Positions 18,217 to 27,443 of a DNA stretch of 64,000 bases are shown here, piece by piece. This stretch comes from Candidatus Dormiibacterota bacterium (GTDB lineage: Bacteria; Chloroflexota; Dormibacteria; Aeolococcales; Aeolococcaceae), in the NCBI GenBank assembly GCA_963697085.1, contig CAVOMR010000002.1, forward strand, positions 336,070-400,069. The letters run 5' to 3'. How positions within the stretch are numbered: position 1 is the stretch's first letter; each line of letters begins with the position of its first letter. The position numbers and the translations under genes are program-made. Under the pieces are notes generated by a model. It was not told the DNA's origin. It did not search any database and worked only from the letters and a program-made list of their open reading frames with translations.

Positions 18217-18804
18217 ATGGCTGACCGGTTCGAGGAAACGTATCTCGCAGGGTCGGCGCCGTGGGACATCGGCCGTGCACAGCCTGAGTTTGTGAAGCTG
18301 CTTGCGGTCGGTCGCATCAGCGGCCGCGTGGTCGATCTTGGCTGCGGCACCGGCGAGAACGCCCTCCACTTTGCTCGGTCGGGACTCGACGTCGTCGGAG
18401 TCGACGCGTCGCAGGAGGCCATCCGTCAGGCGCGCGCGAAGCTGACGGAGTCCGATGTGTCGGTCGTGTTCGAGGTCGCGGACGTGCTCGACCTTGGCGG
18501 TGAGGCGGAGCGGTTTGACACCGCAACGGACTCGGGCGTGTTCCACGTCTTCGAGGACGACGACCGCCCCCGGTATGCGGCGAGTGTGCATCGAGTGCTC
18601 CGGCCCGGAGGACACCTTTTCGTCATGTGCTTCAGCGAGCGACAGCCCGGCGACTGGGGCCCTCGAAGAGTCACGCAACGCGAGCTGCGCGACACCTTCA
18701 CCGACGGATGGGCTGTCGACGGCATCGATGCGGCGCATTTCACGACCACCGTCGATGGCGCAGAACGCGTCGAAGCATGGCTGGCGGCGATCACCCGGCA
18801 CTGA
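18217..18804 (+). CDS. Class I SAM-dependent methyltransferase
   Basis: ATG at 18217 (MADRFEETYLAGSAPWDIG). SAM motif VVDLGCGTGENA. Confidence 0.85.
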   Translation: MADRFEETYLAGSAPWDIGRAQPEFVKLLAVGRISGRVVDLGCGTGENALHFARSGLDVVGVDASQEAIRQARAKLTESDVSVVFEVADVLDLGGEAERFDTATDSGVFHVFEDDDRPRYAASVHRVLRPGGHLFVMCFSERQPGDWGPRRVTQRELRDTFTDGWAVDGIDAAHFTTTVDGAERVEAWLAAITRH

Positions 18805-19802
18805 CGGTCGGCCGGACGCGCACCGTCGCGCGCCGGACCTGGCTGCGCCTCCGCACGCACTGGATCACCCTGATCGGCCTGGCGGCCGTTGTCGCGTTGA
18901 TCGTCGCCGTCAATCCGTCGAAGGTGGCGCGCGCGTTGGGCGGCGCCGACACGGGACTGCTCGCGTGGATGCTCCCGGTGGTCCTGCTCCTCTATGTCAT
19001 GCGCGGACTGTCGTGGTCGATCGTGCTCAGAGGCGCCCGGCAGAACGTCGGACTCGAGCAGGCGATTCGCGTCACGTTCATCAGCCAGGCGTTCGTGTTC
19101 CTTCCCGGCGGCGACCTGTGGCGCGTCCCGATCGTGAAGGCCGACGACGGCCAGCCGACCAACGCGGGCATCATCACCGCGACGGTCGTGTTCGACGACC
19201 TCGTCTACCTCTTCGTGCTCACGTTTGCGATGGTGCCGGTCGTGCTGCGTTCACCAGTTCTCGCGATTCCGCTTGCCATCGCGCTCGTCCCCCAGCTGGT
19301 GATCTTCGCCATCCTGCTGTCCCCGGCCATCTACGCGTGGCTGGCCGGTCATGTTGCTCGCATGCGGCTCTTCCGTCGCTTCCAACCAGAGCTCGAGTTG
19401 CTCGGCCCCACGTTCCGGACGCTGGTCCAGGGTCGAGTGCTGCTCCCCGTTGTCCTTGTGGACGTTGTCGCGGTCCTGCTGTCTGTCTCTCTGTTTGCAC
19501 TCGCCCTCGCAGCTGTGCACGGCACGGGAACCGACGTGCCGCACATCGCATACACGTATGCCGCGAGCCAGGTGGTCACCAACCTCACGGTGCTTCCCGG
19601 CGCGCTCGGAGCGTACGAGGGGATGATGACCGGCGCCATGGCGCTGCAGGGCGTCGCTCCCGCGGCCGCTGCGGGAGGCGCGCTCATCTATCGCGTGGTC
19701 AACGACGTGCTCATGGCGTTGCTGGGTCTTGGCGTCGCGGTTGCGTTTAACCGCGAGTATCTCCGCGCATTCCGGCGCACTCCGGAGAAGGCGGTGCCCT
19801 GA
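18777..19802 (+). CDS. Multi-pass membrane protein, UPF0104 / lysylphosphatidylglycerol-synthase-TM-like (flippase-like)
   Basis: About 8 hydrophobic segments, with family-like MRGLSWSIVLRG...FLPGGDLWR. Overlaps the methyltransferase end by 28 nt; the start is uncertain. Confidence 0.6.
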   Translation: MAGGDHPALTVGRTRTVARRTWLRLRTHWITLIGLAAVVALIVAVNPSKVARALGGADTGLLAWMLPVVLLLYVMRGLSWSIVLRGARQNVGLEQAIRVTFISQAFVFLPGGDLWRVPIVKADDGQPTNAGIITATVVFDDLVYLFVLTFAMVPVVLRSPVLAIPLAIALVPQLVIFAILLSPAIYAWLAGHVARMRLFRRFQPELELLGPTFRTLVQGRVLLPVVLVDVVAVLLSVSLFALALAAVHGTGTDVPHIAYTYAASQVVTNLTVLPGALGAYEGMMTGAMALQGVAPAAAAGGALIYRVVNDVLMALLGLGVAVAFNREYLRAFRRTPEKAVP

Positions 19803-19861
19803 CGCGTCCGCACAGGAATCCGCCGGCCAGGTCGTCACTGCTGTCGGCCCCCTTCTGGTGG

Positions 19862-20410
19862 TTGATCGCGCGCGGCAGGAGCGGGAACGGTCATGCGGGC
19901 GGCGTCCTCAAGGTGTGGCTGCTGTGGGAGCGCCTGTACCTGTGGCGCCACCATGCCCGGCCACTCACCCGCACGTCGGCGTTCATGATCGAAGTCCGTA
20001 TGTATCGGGGTCACCCGGTGACAGTGGCCGGAGGAACGGAGGTGCGGCCGGGGGACCGGATCGTCGAACTCCATCTCGCCAACCACGTGGTCTCCGGAGA
20101 TGCGACGAGTCGATCCTGGAGCCCGTTCCAGACGCTCGCGCAGACGAGTTCCGACCTGGCCCTGATCGCGCGGCTCGTGAACAACGGCAGCCTTGGACCG
20201 GTCCGAGCGCTGCACGCCGTCTCGCTCCTCGCGCCGTCGCTCGGTCGCGCCGGCTTTTCGATCGCGCCACTCCCGGACACGTGGCAGACCCGGGTGCTCC
20301 GCTTCTACATGGTCGGATTGCTCGCCGTGTATCACCCGGACGGCTGGCGGGGGGCACGCCGCGAACGCGATCGCGGGTGGCCGGCGGAGGCGTGGATGAG
20401 CGTTGGATGA
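19862..20410 (+). CDS. YkoP-like protein
   Basis: 182 aa. FMIEVRMYRGHPVTVAGGTEVRPGDRIVELHLAN aligns by eye with the Bacillus YkoP core (recalled). Confidence 0.55.
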   Translation: MIARGRSGNGHAGGVLKVWLLWERLYLWRHHARPLTRTSAFMIEVRMYRGHPVTVAGGTEVRPGDRIVELHLANHVVSGDATSRSWSPFQTLAQTSSDLALIARLVNNGSLGPVRALHAVSLLAPSLGRAGFSIAPLPDTWQTRVLRFYMVGLLAVYHPDGWRGARRERDRGWPAEAWMSVG

Positions 20411-20416
20411 TGCAAC

Positions 20417-20821
20417 GTGATGGATCGATTCGTCATCTACCTGGGCGCGCGCTCGCTCGTGCGGGCCATCTCCGCCCGCGCGCGACATGACCGGCCGCAC
20501 CGGGCGGCGCGGCGGCATCGCACAGGCTCGACGGCGTACCGACAGGGCGTCCTGAGCAACCTGGGCAATCCGAAGATGGCCTTCTTCTTCGTCAGCCTGC
20601 TACCCCAGTTCGTAGTCTCCAGCACGCATACCTTCCTCCCGGTGCTGTGCCTCGGGCTGATCTTCTCCGTGATGACCTTCACGTGGCTCAGCGTGTACTC
20701 CCTCACCGTGGCCAGGGCAGGAGCCCTGTTCCGGCGTTCCGCGGTCCTGCGTGGGCTGGACGGCCTCACCGGCGCGGTCCTCATCGGCCTCGGAGTCCGC
20801 GTCGCCACGGAGCGCGCTTGA
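20417..20821 (+). pseudogene. C-terminal remnant of a LysE/RhtB-family exporter
   Basis: From about 20534 onward: AYRQGVLSNLGNPKMAFFFVSLLPQFV plus two TM segments, equal to roughly the last 95 aa of a ~205-aa LysE protein. The first 39 codons are non-membrane, Arg-rich junk. No N-terminal half in any frame upstream. Confidence 0.6.
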
Positions 20822-21948
20822 CGCGAGTCCGCGCGATTGCCTTCCTGGCCGGCGGATCGGTCACCCTCATCGTCGTCGGCCTGATCCTCGCACTCGCACG
20901 GCCGGCACCGCCGGCTCGAATCCCGAAATCGTCGCCGCCGGCCATCACCAAGGCGCCAACACAGACGGTGGTTCCGCTGGAGGTCGCCGACAGGCTCGAT
21001 CTCGGTGCTCATCCGGTGAGTGCCATGGCTGTGACCACGGGCATCGTCTGGCTTGCCACCGAGGGCCCGACGGCCGGCACCGCAGGAAGGCTTTTCCGCA
21101 TCGACGCCGCGAGCGCACGCGCCACGGCCAGCTGGGCGATCGGAGGCGACCCTGTTGCGGTTGCGGCAGACGGTGCCTTTGTGTGGGTTGCCAACGGGGC
21201 GGGAGACCGAGGCCAGGCCGTGCACGGCGAGAACACCGTTCAGCAGTTCAACGCCGCAAAAGGCGACCTGGTGCATGCGTACCCGTTGTCCGACCCTCGG
21301 GCGCTCGTGGCGAACCCCGACTCGGCGCTCGTGATGTCGGGAACCGCGACGAACGAGACGGTGATCAGCCGCCTGACGGGAGGCGTGCGCACCATCATCA
21401 CCACGCTACGGGGATCCCTGGAGGTGCCGATCTCCTCGCTGTCGGCGGAGAGCGCACTCGCCGTCTGCTCCGACCACGTGTATCTGGCGCTGAGCAATCG
21501 GGTCGTCACCGGTTCGAGCGTCACGATCTACTCGCTGCAGCCGGACGGCGGTGGGGTCCACGAGGTGATCACGATTCCCGATGACTACGAGGCGTCCATG
21601 GCGTGTGATCCGACGTCGGTGTTCCTCATCGGCGCGGCAGGCGACGGCGAAGCCTCGGTGACGAGCGTCAGCCTCTCCGACAGCATCCTCACGAACCTTT
21701 GGGAGGGCCCGTATCCGGTCACGGTCGCCTACAAGTCCGGGCGTGTCTGGATCGCATACAGCGATGACGTGCTGAACGAATCGGTGTTGACATCACTGGA
21801 TCCTGTCACCGGCATTCCGGGTCCGACTCGATCGATCCTGCCTCCCCCACCCAACATCGGCTACCCCAACCTGGTCATCCCCGGCGACACCGGCCTCTGG
21901 ATCGCGGCCAGCCTCGGCACCATGCTCCTGCACGTCGCAGTCGGATGA
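20818..21948 (+). CDS. Membrane-anchored hypothetical protein, beta-rich ectodomain
   Basis: Candidate TTG at 20818 (TTGA overlap with the LysE-remnant stop). One TM (AIAFLAGGSVTLIVVGLILALA), then repetitive beta-strand-like sequence. The start is uncertain. Confidence 0.55.
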   Translation: MTRVRAIAFLAGGSVTLIVVGLILALARPAPPARIPKSSPPAITKAPTQTVVPLEVADRLDLGAHPVSAMAVTTGIVWLATEGPTAGTAGRLFRIDAASARATASWAIGGDPVAVAADGAFVWVANGAGDRGQAVHGENTVQQFNAAKGDLVHAYPLSDPRALVANPDSALVMSGTATNETVISRLTGGVRTIITTLRGSLEVPISSLSAESALAVCSDHVYLALSNRVVTGSSVTIYSLQPDGGGVHEVITIPDDYEASMACDPTSVFLIGAAGDGEASVTSVSLSDSILTNLWEGPYPVTVAYKSGRVWIAYSDDVLNESVLTSLDPVTGIPGPTRSILPPPPNIGYPNLVIPGDTGLWIAASLGTMLLHVAVG

Positions 21949-21949
21949 C

Positions 21950-22597
21950 TCACCGAAGGGCGCGCGCACAGGCCGCGGCAACCCAGCCGAAGCCGAGCAC
22001 GATGCCGGCGCGCTGGAAGGCTCCGGCGAGTCCCACGAAGCGTGGCACCTGGCCGAACCCTGCACTCGCCAGACCACCCGTCGCGAGCATCGCGAGCGCG
22101 GTGGCCGCGGAGTAGGCGCTCCATGGGAGGTCGCCGCGCCGGATCGCGCTGACGGACCCCACGGCCGCGGCGACTGGGAGGCCGAAGAAGACTGGCAGCG
22201 CAGAGAGGTTGTGGACGATGCCGGTGGTGGTCGGGTCGACAGCACCACTCGTCCCCGGTGGATACCCGCTGACGGGGTCGGTCGGAAACATCGCGGCTCC
22301 AATCAGGCCGACGCCCGCCGTGGCGATGAGCGCCCGCTCGACCTGGCCGCCGAGCGTGCGATCGCGCGTGCGCGAGAGACCCACGGCCCCCGCGAGGAAA
22401 CACGCACCGGTCGCAGTGAAGTTCGCGGCCTGCACCCATCCGCGCCGGCCGAGCCCGAGCGAGCTCACCGGATGCCGCAGCGGGTTGTAGTCCTGTCGGG
22501 CGGCACCCTCAACGAGGAACACGGTCACGAATGCCGGCCCCGCCGCAACTCCGCAACCGAGCAGCACGCGTGTCAGCCGGTTGGACCTGACGGTCAA
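21950..22597 (-). CDS. DUF998-family membrane protein
   Basis: TTG at 22597 in a TTGA overlap with the upstream stop (22594). Contains QDYNPLRHPVSSLG and 5-6 TM segments. Confidence 0.6.
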   Translation of the reverse strand: MTVRSNRLTRVLLGCGVAAGPAFVTVFLVEGAARQDYNPLRHPVSSLGLGRRGWVQAANFTATGACFLAGAVGLSRTRDRTLGGQVERALIATAGVGLIGAAMFPTDPVSGYPPGTSGAVDPTTTGIVHNLSALPVFFGLPVAAAVGSVSAIRRGDLPWSAYSAATALAMLATGGLASAGFGQVPRFVGLAGAFQRAGIVLGFGWVAAACARALR

Positions 22598-22980
22598 TCG
22601 GCGAGCCCGTCGATGGTCACCTCGAGCAGCGGGCTCGAATCCACCATCGCATCGAGGTCGGTGCGCTTCCACGCGCGGGCGATGTGAGGCAGGATGTCCC
22701 GACGTTCGGCGTCGTCAGTGATGACTCGCGCCGTTGCCGTGAGATCCGCATGCACCCCATCCTTGAGGTGGAAGATGAAGTGCGGATCCGCGACGAGGTT
22801 CGCGATGTAGTTCCGCTTGAACCCCGGCATGCCGCTGATGTACAGGCGGCCGTCGACGTTGTGGAACGCGATCTCGATGCGATGCGGCTGCCCGGATTTG
22901 CGGCCGGTCGTCGTGATGTCGATGCGCCCGCCTTTGGTGAGCGCTTCACGGATCGGTGCGTCGAGCGCTGATATACCCAC
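22594..22980 (-). CDS. Deazaflavin (F420)-dependent nitroreductase-family protein (DDN/PNPOx-like)
   Basis: 128 aa. ITTTGRKSGQPHRIEIAF...RNYIANLVADPHFIFHL matches the family pattern. Confidence 0.8.
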   Translation of the reverse strand: MGISALDAPIREALTKGGRIDITTTGRKSGQPHRIEIAFHNVDGRLYISGMPGFKRNYIANLVADPHFIFHLKDGVHADLTATARVITDDAERRDILPHIARAWKRTDLDAMVDSSPLLEVTIDGLAD

Positions 22981-23055
22981 TGTGCTTCCCCGTTGATGTT
23001 CGGCCTGATAACGCGGTGAGTCATCCAGCCTAGATGCTCACGCCAGTTCGAGGAC

Positions 23056-23532
23056 TCAGCGGCTGCGCCCGACGTAGCTCGGCACATCGTCAGCCGGGTC
23101 ATCGGCGGCCGCGAGGCTTGCGGCCAGATCATCAACAACTCGGGTGAGCTCATCGAGCGACGTCGTGGTGAGGCCGGCAACGGTCTGCTCCGCAACACGG
23201 CACCAGGCGGCCTTCAACCTCGGCAGAAGCTCCTTGCCCGCATCGGTCAGTTCCACGATGTTCGCGCGCGCGTCGGTGCTCGACTGCCGCCGAACCACGA
23301 GCCCCGCGGTCTCGAGCTGCCGGACGCTCAGCGTGATGGTGGGCGGCTCGTAGCCGCAGGCGGCTGCGAGCTGCGCCTGCGTGCTCGGCCCTGCGCTCTC
23401 GATCTCCAGGAGCAGCAGCTTGTGGCCAGGGTGAATGCCGAACGGCGACATCGCGGCGATCGCGAGCGCGCGATGGCGGATGCCGATGGCACGGATCGCC
23501 TCGTTGAGATCGTCGGCCTGAGTGAAGTCCAT
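23056..23532 (-). CDS. MarR family transcriptional regulator
   Basis: 158 aa. Winged-helix region LLLEIESAGPSTQAQLAAACGYEPPTITLSVRQLETAGLVVRR. Confidence 0.9.
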   Translation of the reverse strand: MDFTQADDLNEAIRAIGIRHRALAIAAMSPFGIHPGHKLLLLEIESAGPSTQAQLAAACGYEPPTITLSVRQLETAGLVVRRQSSTDARANIVELTDAGKELLPRLKAAWCRVAEQTVAGLTTTSLDELTRVVDDLAASLAAADDPADDVPSYVGRSR

Positions 23533-23544
23533 GCGAGCGGCCCC

Positions 23545-23585
23545 TTGACATTGAGATACTTAGGCGCCTAATGTTAGGTCCCTAA
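23545..23585 (+). promoter_or_regulatory. Candidate promoter (TTGACA-18-TAATGT) overlapped by two TTAGG-N2-CCTAA palindromes (likely MarR operator)
   Basis: TTGACA at 23545..23550 and TAATGT at 23569..23574. Perfect palindrome TTAGGCGCCTAA at 23560..23571. Near-palindrome TTAGGTCCCTAA at 23574..23585. Lies in the marR/membrane-gene divergent intergenic region. Confidence 0.55.
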
Positions 23586-23654
23586 GTAAGTCTACCGCCA
23601 TGCGGCACCCGCCGCCAAGCGAGAGACCAGACCCGGAACAGGAGGAACTCTGAG

Positions 23655-24071
23655 ATGGCGACAACGATGACCGCTCAATCCGCACCCACCACACGGATCA
23701 GCTGGAGTCGCGCGCTCACTGTCGCGGGAGCCGTCGCCGCGGCGGTTGTGGTCTGGGCCCTCGAGGTGCCGGTCCTCGGAGCCCACCTGGTCATCCGGTT
23801 CGGGAGCGGAGCTCCTCAGACGGTCGGCGTCGGGTTCATCGTCGCGGGCAGCCTGGTCGGGAGCGCGCTCGGTTGGGGTCTGCTCGCCCTCCTGGAGCAC
23901 CGCACTGCGCGCGCCCGCACGATCTGGACGGCCGCGGCGATCGGTGTGCTCCTTCTTTCGTTGAGCCTCCCCGTGATTGCGGGAACGACGCTGTCGACGA
24001 AACTCGGCCTCGCTGTGATGCACCTGGCCGTCGGCGCCGTCATCATCCCGGGGCTGCGCCGCCGCGCGTAA
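23655..24071 (+). CDS. Small integral membrane protein (4 TM)
   Basis: 138 aa with four hydrophobic segments. GGAGGA lies upstream. Divergent from marR. Confidence 0.7.
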   Translation: MATTMTAQSAPTTRISWSRALTVAGAVAAAVVVWALEVPVLGAHLVIRFGSGAPQTVGVGFIVAGSLVGSALGWGLLALLEHRTARARTIWTAAAIGVLLLSLSLPVIAGTTLSTKLGLAVMHLAVGAVIIPGLRRRA

Positions 24072-24105
24072 AGCTCGACGACATCGTCGGCTAGAGTTGC
24101 GCCCC

Positions 24106-24936
24106 ATGCGCTTCGGCATCGACGTCGCCCAGCAGCGGCTCCCGTTTGACGAGATCGTCGATCGGGTGCGATTCGGAGAGGAGCTCGGGTTCGACGGCGC
24201 CTGGGGCTTCGATCACCTCGTGCCCATGTACGGCGACGGCCCGGGCGAGTGCTTCGAGGGGATGACCACACTCGCGGCGCTCGCGACGGCCACGACAAGG
24301 ATCCGGCTCGGACTGCTGGTCACCGGCGTGACCCTGCGGCACCCCTCCATCCTCGCCACGCAGGCGGTGACCGTCGACCATGCCAGTCACGGACGCCTGG
24401 AACTCGCGCTGGGCGCCGGCTGGTTCGAGCGCGAGCACCATCAGTTCGGGATCGAGTTCCCATCCAGGGGCGAACGTTTCGACCGCCTGGAGGACACCCT
24501 CGAGATCATCACCCGGCTGACGACGGGCGACGTCGTGTCGTACGACGGGCACCACTTCTCGCTGCACGAGGCACAGCTGCGACCGGTCCCCGTCCAGCAG
24601 CCTCATCCGCCCATCTGGGTCGGCGGCACGGGGCTGCGTCGCACGCTCCCGATTGCTGCTCGCTACGCCGACGTCTGGCATGGCTACGGCAGCGCCGAGC
24701 AGCTCGCCGTGCTGTCAGCCCGTCTCGATGATCTGGCCGTCGCGGCCGGCCGGGACCCAGCGTCCATCACCAGGGCGTCGTCGCTGATGCTGTCGGATCC
24801 GGATGACGTGCTGCGCGCCGCCATCGAAGCGATGGCCCGTGTGGGAATCGGCTACATCAACTGCGGATGGCCGGGTGAAGGGAGAAGCCGCGTGGGTGCG
24901 TTCGCAAGCGGAGTGATGGCCGACTACACCGACTGA
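24106..24936 (+). CDS. LLM-class (luciferase-like) F420-dependent oxidoreductase
   Basis: MRFGIDVAQQ...GFDGAWGFDHL...ELALGAGW...PIWVGG pattern. ATG 24106 preferred over the TTG at 24097. Confidence 0.85.
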   Translation: MRFGIDVAQQRLPFDEIVDRVRFGEELGFDGAWGFDHLVPMYGDGPGECFEGMTTLAALATATTRIRLGLLVTGVTLRHPSILATQAVTVDHASHGRLELALGAGWFEREHHQFGIEFPSRGERFDRLEDTLEIITRLTTGDVVSYDGHHFSLHEAQLRPVPVQQPHPPIWVGGTGLRRTLPIAARYADVWHGYGSAEQLAVLSARLDDLAVAAGRDPASITRASSLMLSDPDDVLRAAIEAMARVGIGYINCGWPGEGRSRVGAFASGVMADYTD

Positions 24937-25018
24937 ACCTGGAGAGGGACGATGCGAAGGCGGTCGTTCACCTCGCTGTTCCACACTGCGAACGGGGGAT
25001 CGGAAACGGGAGGCATCG

Positions 25019-25279
25019 ATGCGCCACGCAACACCGGACGACCTTGACCGGATGGAAACACTGCTCGCGGAGCTGCGGACGATCCCTCAGCTGCGCGAGC
25101 GCAAACGCGGCTCGTTCTCGAGGGGCTCCCGGGCATTCCTGCACTTCCACGAGGACGAGGGCGACCACTTCGTCGACGTGAAGCTCAGCAGCAGATTCGA
25201 ACGCATGAACATCACCACTCCCGCGGAGCGGGCCGACTTTCTCGCCAGGGTGCGAACGACACTCCTGTCGGGAGCCTGA
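25019..25279 (+). CDS. Hypothetical protein (86 aa)
   Basis: ORF with ordinary composition. No family recognised. Confidence 0.5.
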   Translation: MRHATPDDLDRMETLLAELRTIPQLRERKRGSFSRGSRAFLHFHEDEGDHFVDVKLSSRFERMNITTPAERADFLARVRTTLLSGA

Positions 25280-25306
25280 TCGAGCCGGCCGCGCTGGACG
25301 AAGGAT

Positions 25307-25885
25307 TCATCCGGCACCATCCTCAGAGGTCGCCCACTCGCCAGCGAGCATCGCGTACACAAGCTCGCTCTGCCACTCGCCTTTCACCCACTCGTTTTCG
25401 ATGAGGTGCGCCTCACGTCGCATCCCCAGCTTCTCGAACACACGCGCCGACGCGATGTTGCGCGCCTCGAGGCGGCCGCAGACTCGGTGCAGGCCGACGG
25501 TGTTGAACGCGAAGTCCAGCATGGGCCGCGCTGCCTCGGTCGCGTACCCCTTGCGCTGATGCGCCGGGTGAACGACGAAGCCCAACTCGCCCTGGGCGTG
25601 GCCCTCGCTGACCACCCACAGCGAGATGTCGGCAACCACCTCGCCGGTATCGCGGAGTACGACGGCAGCCGCCATGCCGTCGCCCTCGGATGCGACAGCC
25701 ACGCCGGCCATCTTCCGAGCCAGCGCGGGCCGCACCTCGTCGAGCGAGCGTGCGTCGTAGTAGAGATAGCGGACAACCTCCTGATCGGACTGCATCTCAA
25801 ACAAGGCCTGTAGGTCGCCCTCCTCAAAAGGACGCAGCAGCAACCGCTCGGTCTGCATGGGCCACGCCGGCGTGAACACCGTCAT
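25307..25885 (-). CDS. GNAT family N-acetyltransferase (RimJ/RimL-like)
   Basis: 192 aa. TERLLLRPFEEGDLQALFE...HPAHQRKGYATEA...LGMRREAHLIENEW. Confidence 0.9.
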   Translation of the reverse strand: MTVFTPAWPMQTERLLLRPFEEGDLQALFEMQSDQEVVRYLYYDARSLDEVRPALARKMAGVAVASEGDGMAAAVVLRDTGEVVADISLWVVSEGHAQGELGFVVHPAHQRKGYATEAARPMLDFAFNTVGLHRVCGRLEARNIASARVFEKLGMRREAHLIENEWVKGEWQSELVYAMLAGEWATSEDGAG

Positions 25886-26199
25886 CGATGCGCAATGGTA
25901 TTCGTGGCGCGCTCAGGCGCACGCGGACGGGTCGGCTGCCGCGTCGCTGACAGGCACCCAGGTGGCGCCGGCGATCGCGCATTGATCCGGCGAAGCAGCT
26001 GGGACGGGGCCTACCGCTTCGCACCGCAACCGAAATAACGGCGATGCTCGCTCACCACGCTACTCCGAGCCAACCCTTGTCACAAGGGGACAGTCACGTG
26101 AAAGCCTTACCCGTGAGCGTGTCGCGGCCTGGGTGATTGACGCTCGACGCCGTACACTTTGACGGGTCGATCCCGGGGAGTCCATAACGCGAAGAGGAC

Positions 26200-26850
26200 G
26201 TGATTCCAAAGCCGGTCGTCGGACTTCTCAGCGTCGCGGCGCTCGGACTTGTGGCGGCGTGCGGAGCTCCGACAACAACTCCGACGCCGTCGCTCGCGGC
26301 ACCGGTCTCGACCCCCACGCTCGCGCCGACTCCCACGCCCGCGCCGACTCCCACGCCCACCCTCGTGCCAACCCCTACGGCCACTGCAACACCGACGTCC
26401 TTGCTGGTGGTTGGAACCGGCGCCACGAGCCCGGTCACAGCTGTCAGCGACGTCGCCGACTTCGACTTCGACAGCGGACGGCACATCTCCGGAGATTGCA
26501 ACGCCGCCAGCTACCTCACCCCTCCGTGTCCGGTGACGCGGAGGCTCGGTGCCCGGTTGGATTCCAACCCCTTCTCAGGACCGGGGGGCGGTGCGGTGCC
26601 GCTCTGCCGATGTCAGGGAGAGGTGACCATCAGCTTCGCGCTGATGTCCGAGAGTGGGACGACGGCATACGTCCACGAAGATCTGGGTCTGGGTGCTGGA
26701 GACGATCTCCGGTGGACGGTCCTCTCGATTGGGGGGACCTGGTATGTCGACGACCAGGACAGCGGATGCGCCGCCACCTCGATCTATGACGCAGCCTATG
26801 ACCACACCACCTTGAGCTCGACACCTGGGCCGCCGGAGCCGTCCTGCTGA
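26200..26850 (+). CDS. Lipoprotein with Pro/Thr-rich linker and Cys-containing C-terminal domain
   Basis: GTG start. Signal plus lipobox LGLVAAC. The linker at about 26270..26400 is PT repeats. Has a truncated paralog at 42227..42430. Confidence 0.75.
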   Translation: MIPKPVVGLLSVAALGLVAACGAPTTTPTPSLAAPVSTPTLAPTPTPAPTPTPTLVPTPTATATPTSLLVVGTGATSPVTAVSDVADFDFDSGRHISGDCNAASYLTPPCPVTRRLGARLDSNPFSGPGGGAVPLCRCQGEVTISFALMSESGTTAYVHEDLGLGAGDDLRWTVLSIGGTWYVDDQDSGCAATSIYDAAYDHTTLSSTPGPPEPSC

Positions 26851-26853
26851 GGA

Positions 26854-27405
26854 TCAGCGCGAAGGCGACGAGAGATTCGTGAGCACCGCGGCGAGGTCGC
26901 TGCGAGAGTTGACCCCCGGCTTGCTGTAGACGTTGCGGAGGTGGTACTCGACTGTCTTCGGACTCAGAAACAGCGCGGCGGCCGCCTCGCGCGTCGTCTT
27001 CCCACCAGCGAGCACCTGCGCGATGTGGAACTCCTGCCGCGCCAGCATGTCGAGAGCTGGAACGCCGCGCTGACGTGGAGTTTCGCCCGTCGCCAGGAGC
27101 TCCGTTCGCGTTTGCTCGCTCCACGGCACAGCGCCGAGCCGATCGAAGATGTCGAGCGCGATGCGTAGTTCGTGGCGGGCGTCTCTACGCCGCCGTTCCC
27201 GCCGGAGACGGGCGCCGTACGCGAAATGGGTCAGCCCGACCTCGAATGCATCGGGAGTCCTCGACTGCAGCACAAGCGCTTCGTCGAACGCCTCGCTGAA
27301 CGCTCCGAGGGGCGCGAGGAGCCCTCGGGCGCGAGCCGACCGTACGCGAAACCACGGCTGCCCCTTCTTCCGTGACAGGGATGGCGAGCGGCGCCGTCGC
27401 TTCAT
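26854..27405 (-). CDS. LuxR-family HTH protein; looks like the last ~150 aa of a LAL-type regulator (probable truncation)
   Basis: ARLRRERRRRDARHELRIALDIFDRLGAVPWSEQTRTELLATGE, then the HTH FHIAQVLAGGKTTREAAAALFLSPKTVEYHLRNVYSKPG. No ATPase or TPR portion upstream. Confidence 0.6.
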   Translation of the reverse strand: MKRRRRSPSLSRKKGQPWFRVRSARARGLLAPLGAFSEAFDEALVLQSRTPDAFEVGLTHFAYGARLRRERRRRDARHELRIALDIFDRLGAVPWSEQTRTELLATGETPRQRGVPALDMLARQEFHIAQVLAGGKTTREAAAALFLSPKTVEYHLRNVYSKPGVNSRSDLAAVLTNLSSPSR

Positions 27406-27443
27406 AGGCCGGCGATCGGTGCTACAGCGCTAGCATCACCTGA

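Noticed and set aside
26270-26400. Repetitive CCGACTCCCACGCCC-type DNA that could look like a tandem or CRISPR-like repeat.
   Set aside because: It sits inside a lipoprotein ORF and encodes a Pro/Thr linker (PTPTPAPTPTPT). There is no spacer/repeat periodicity and there are no cas genes.
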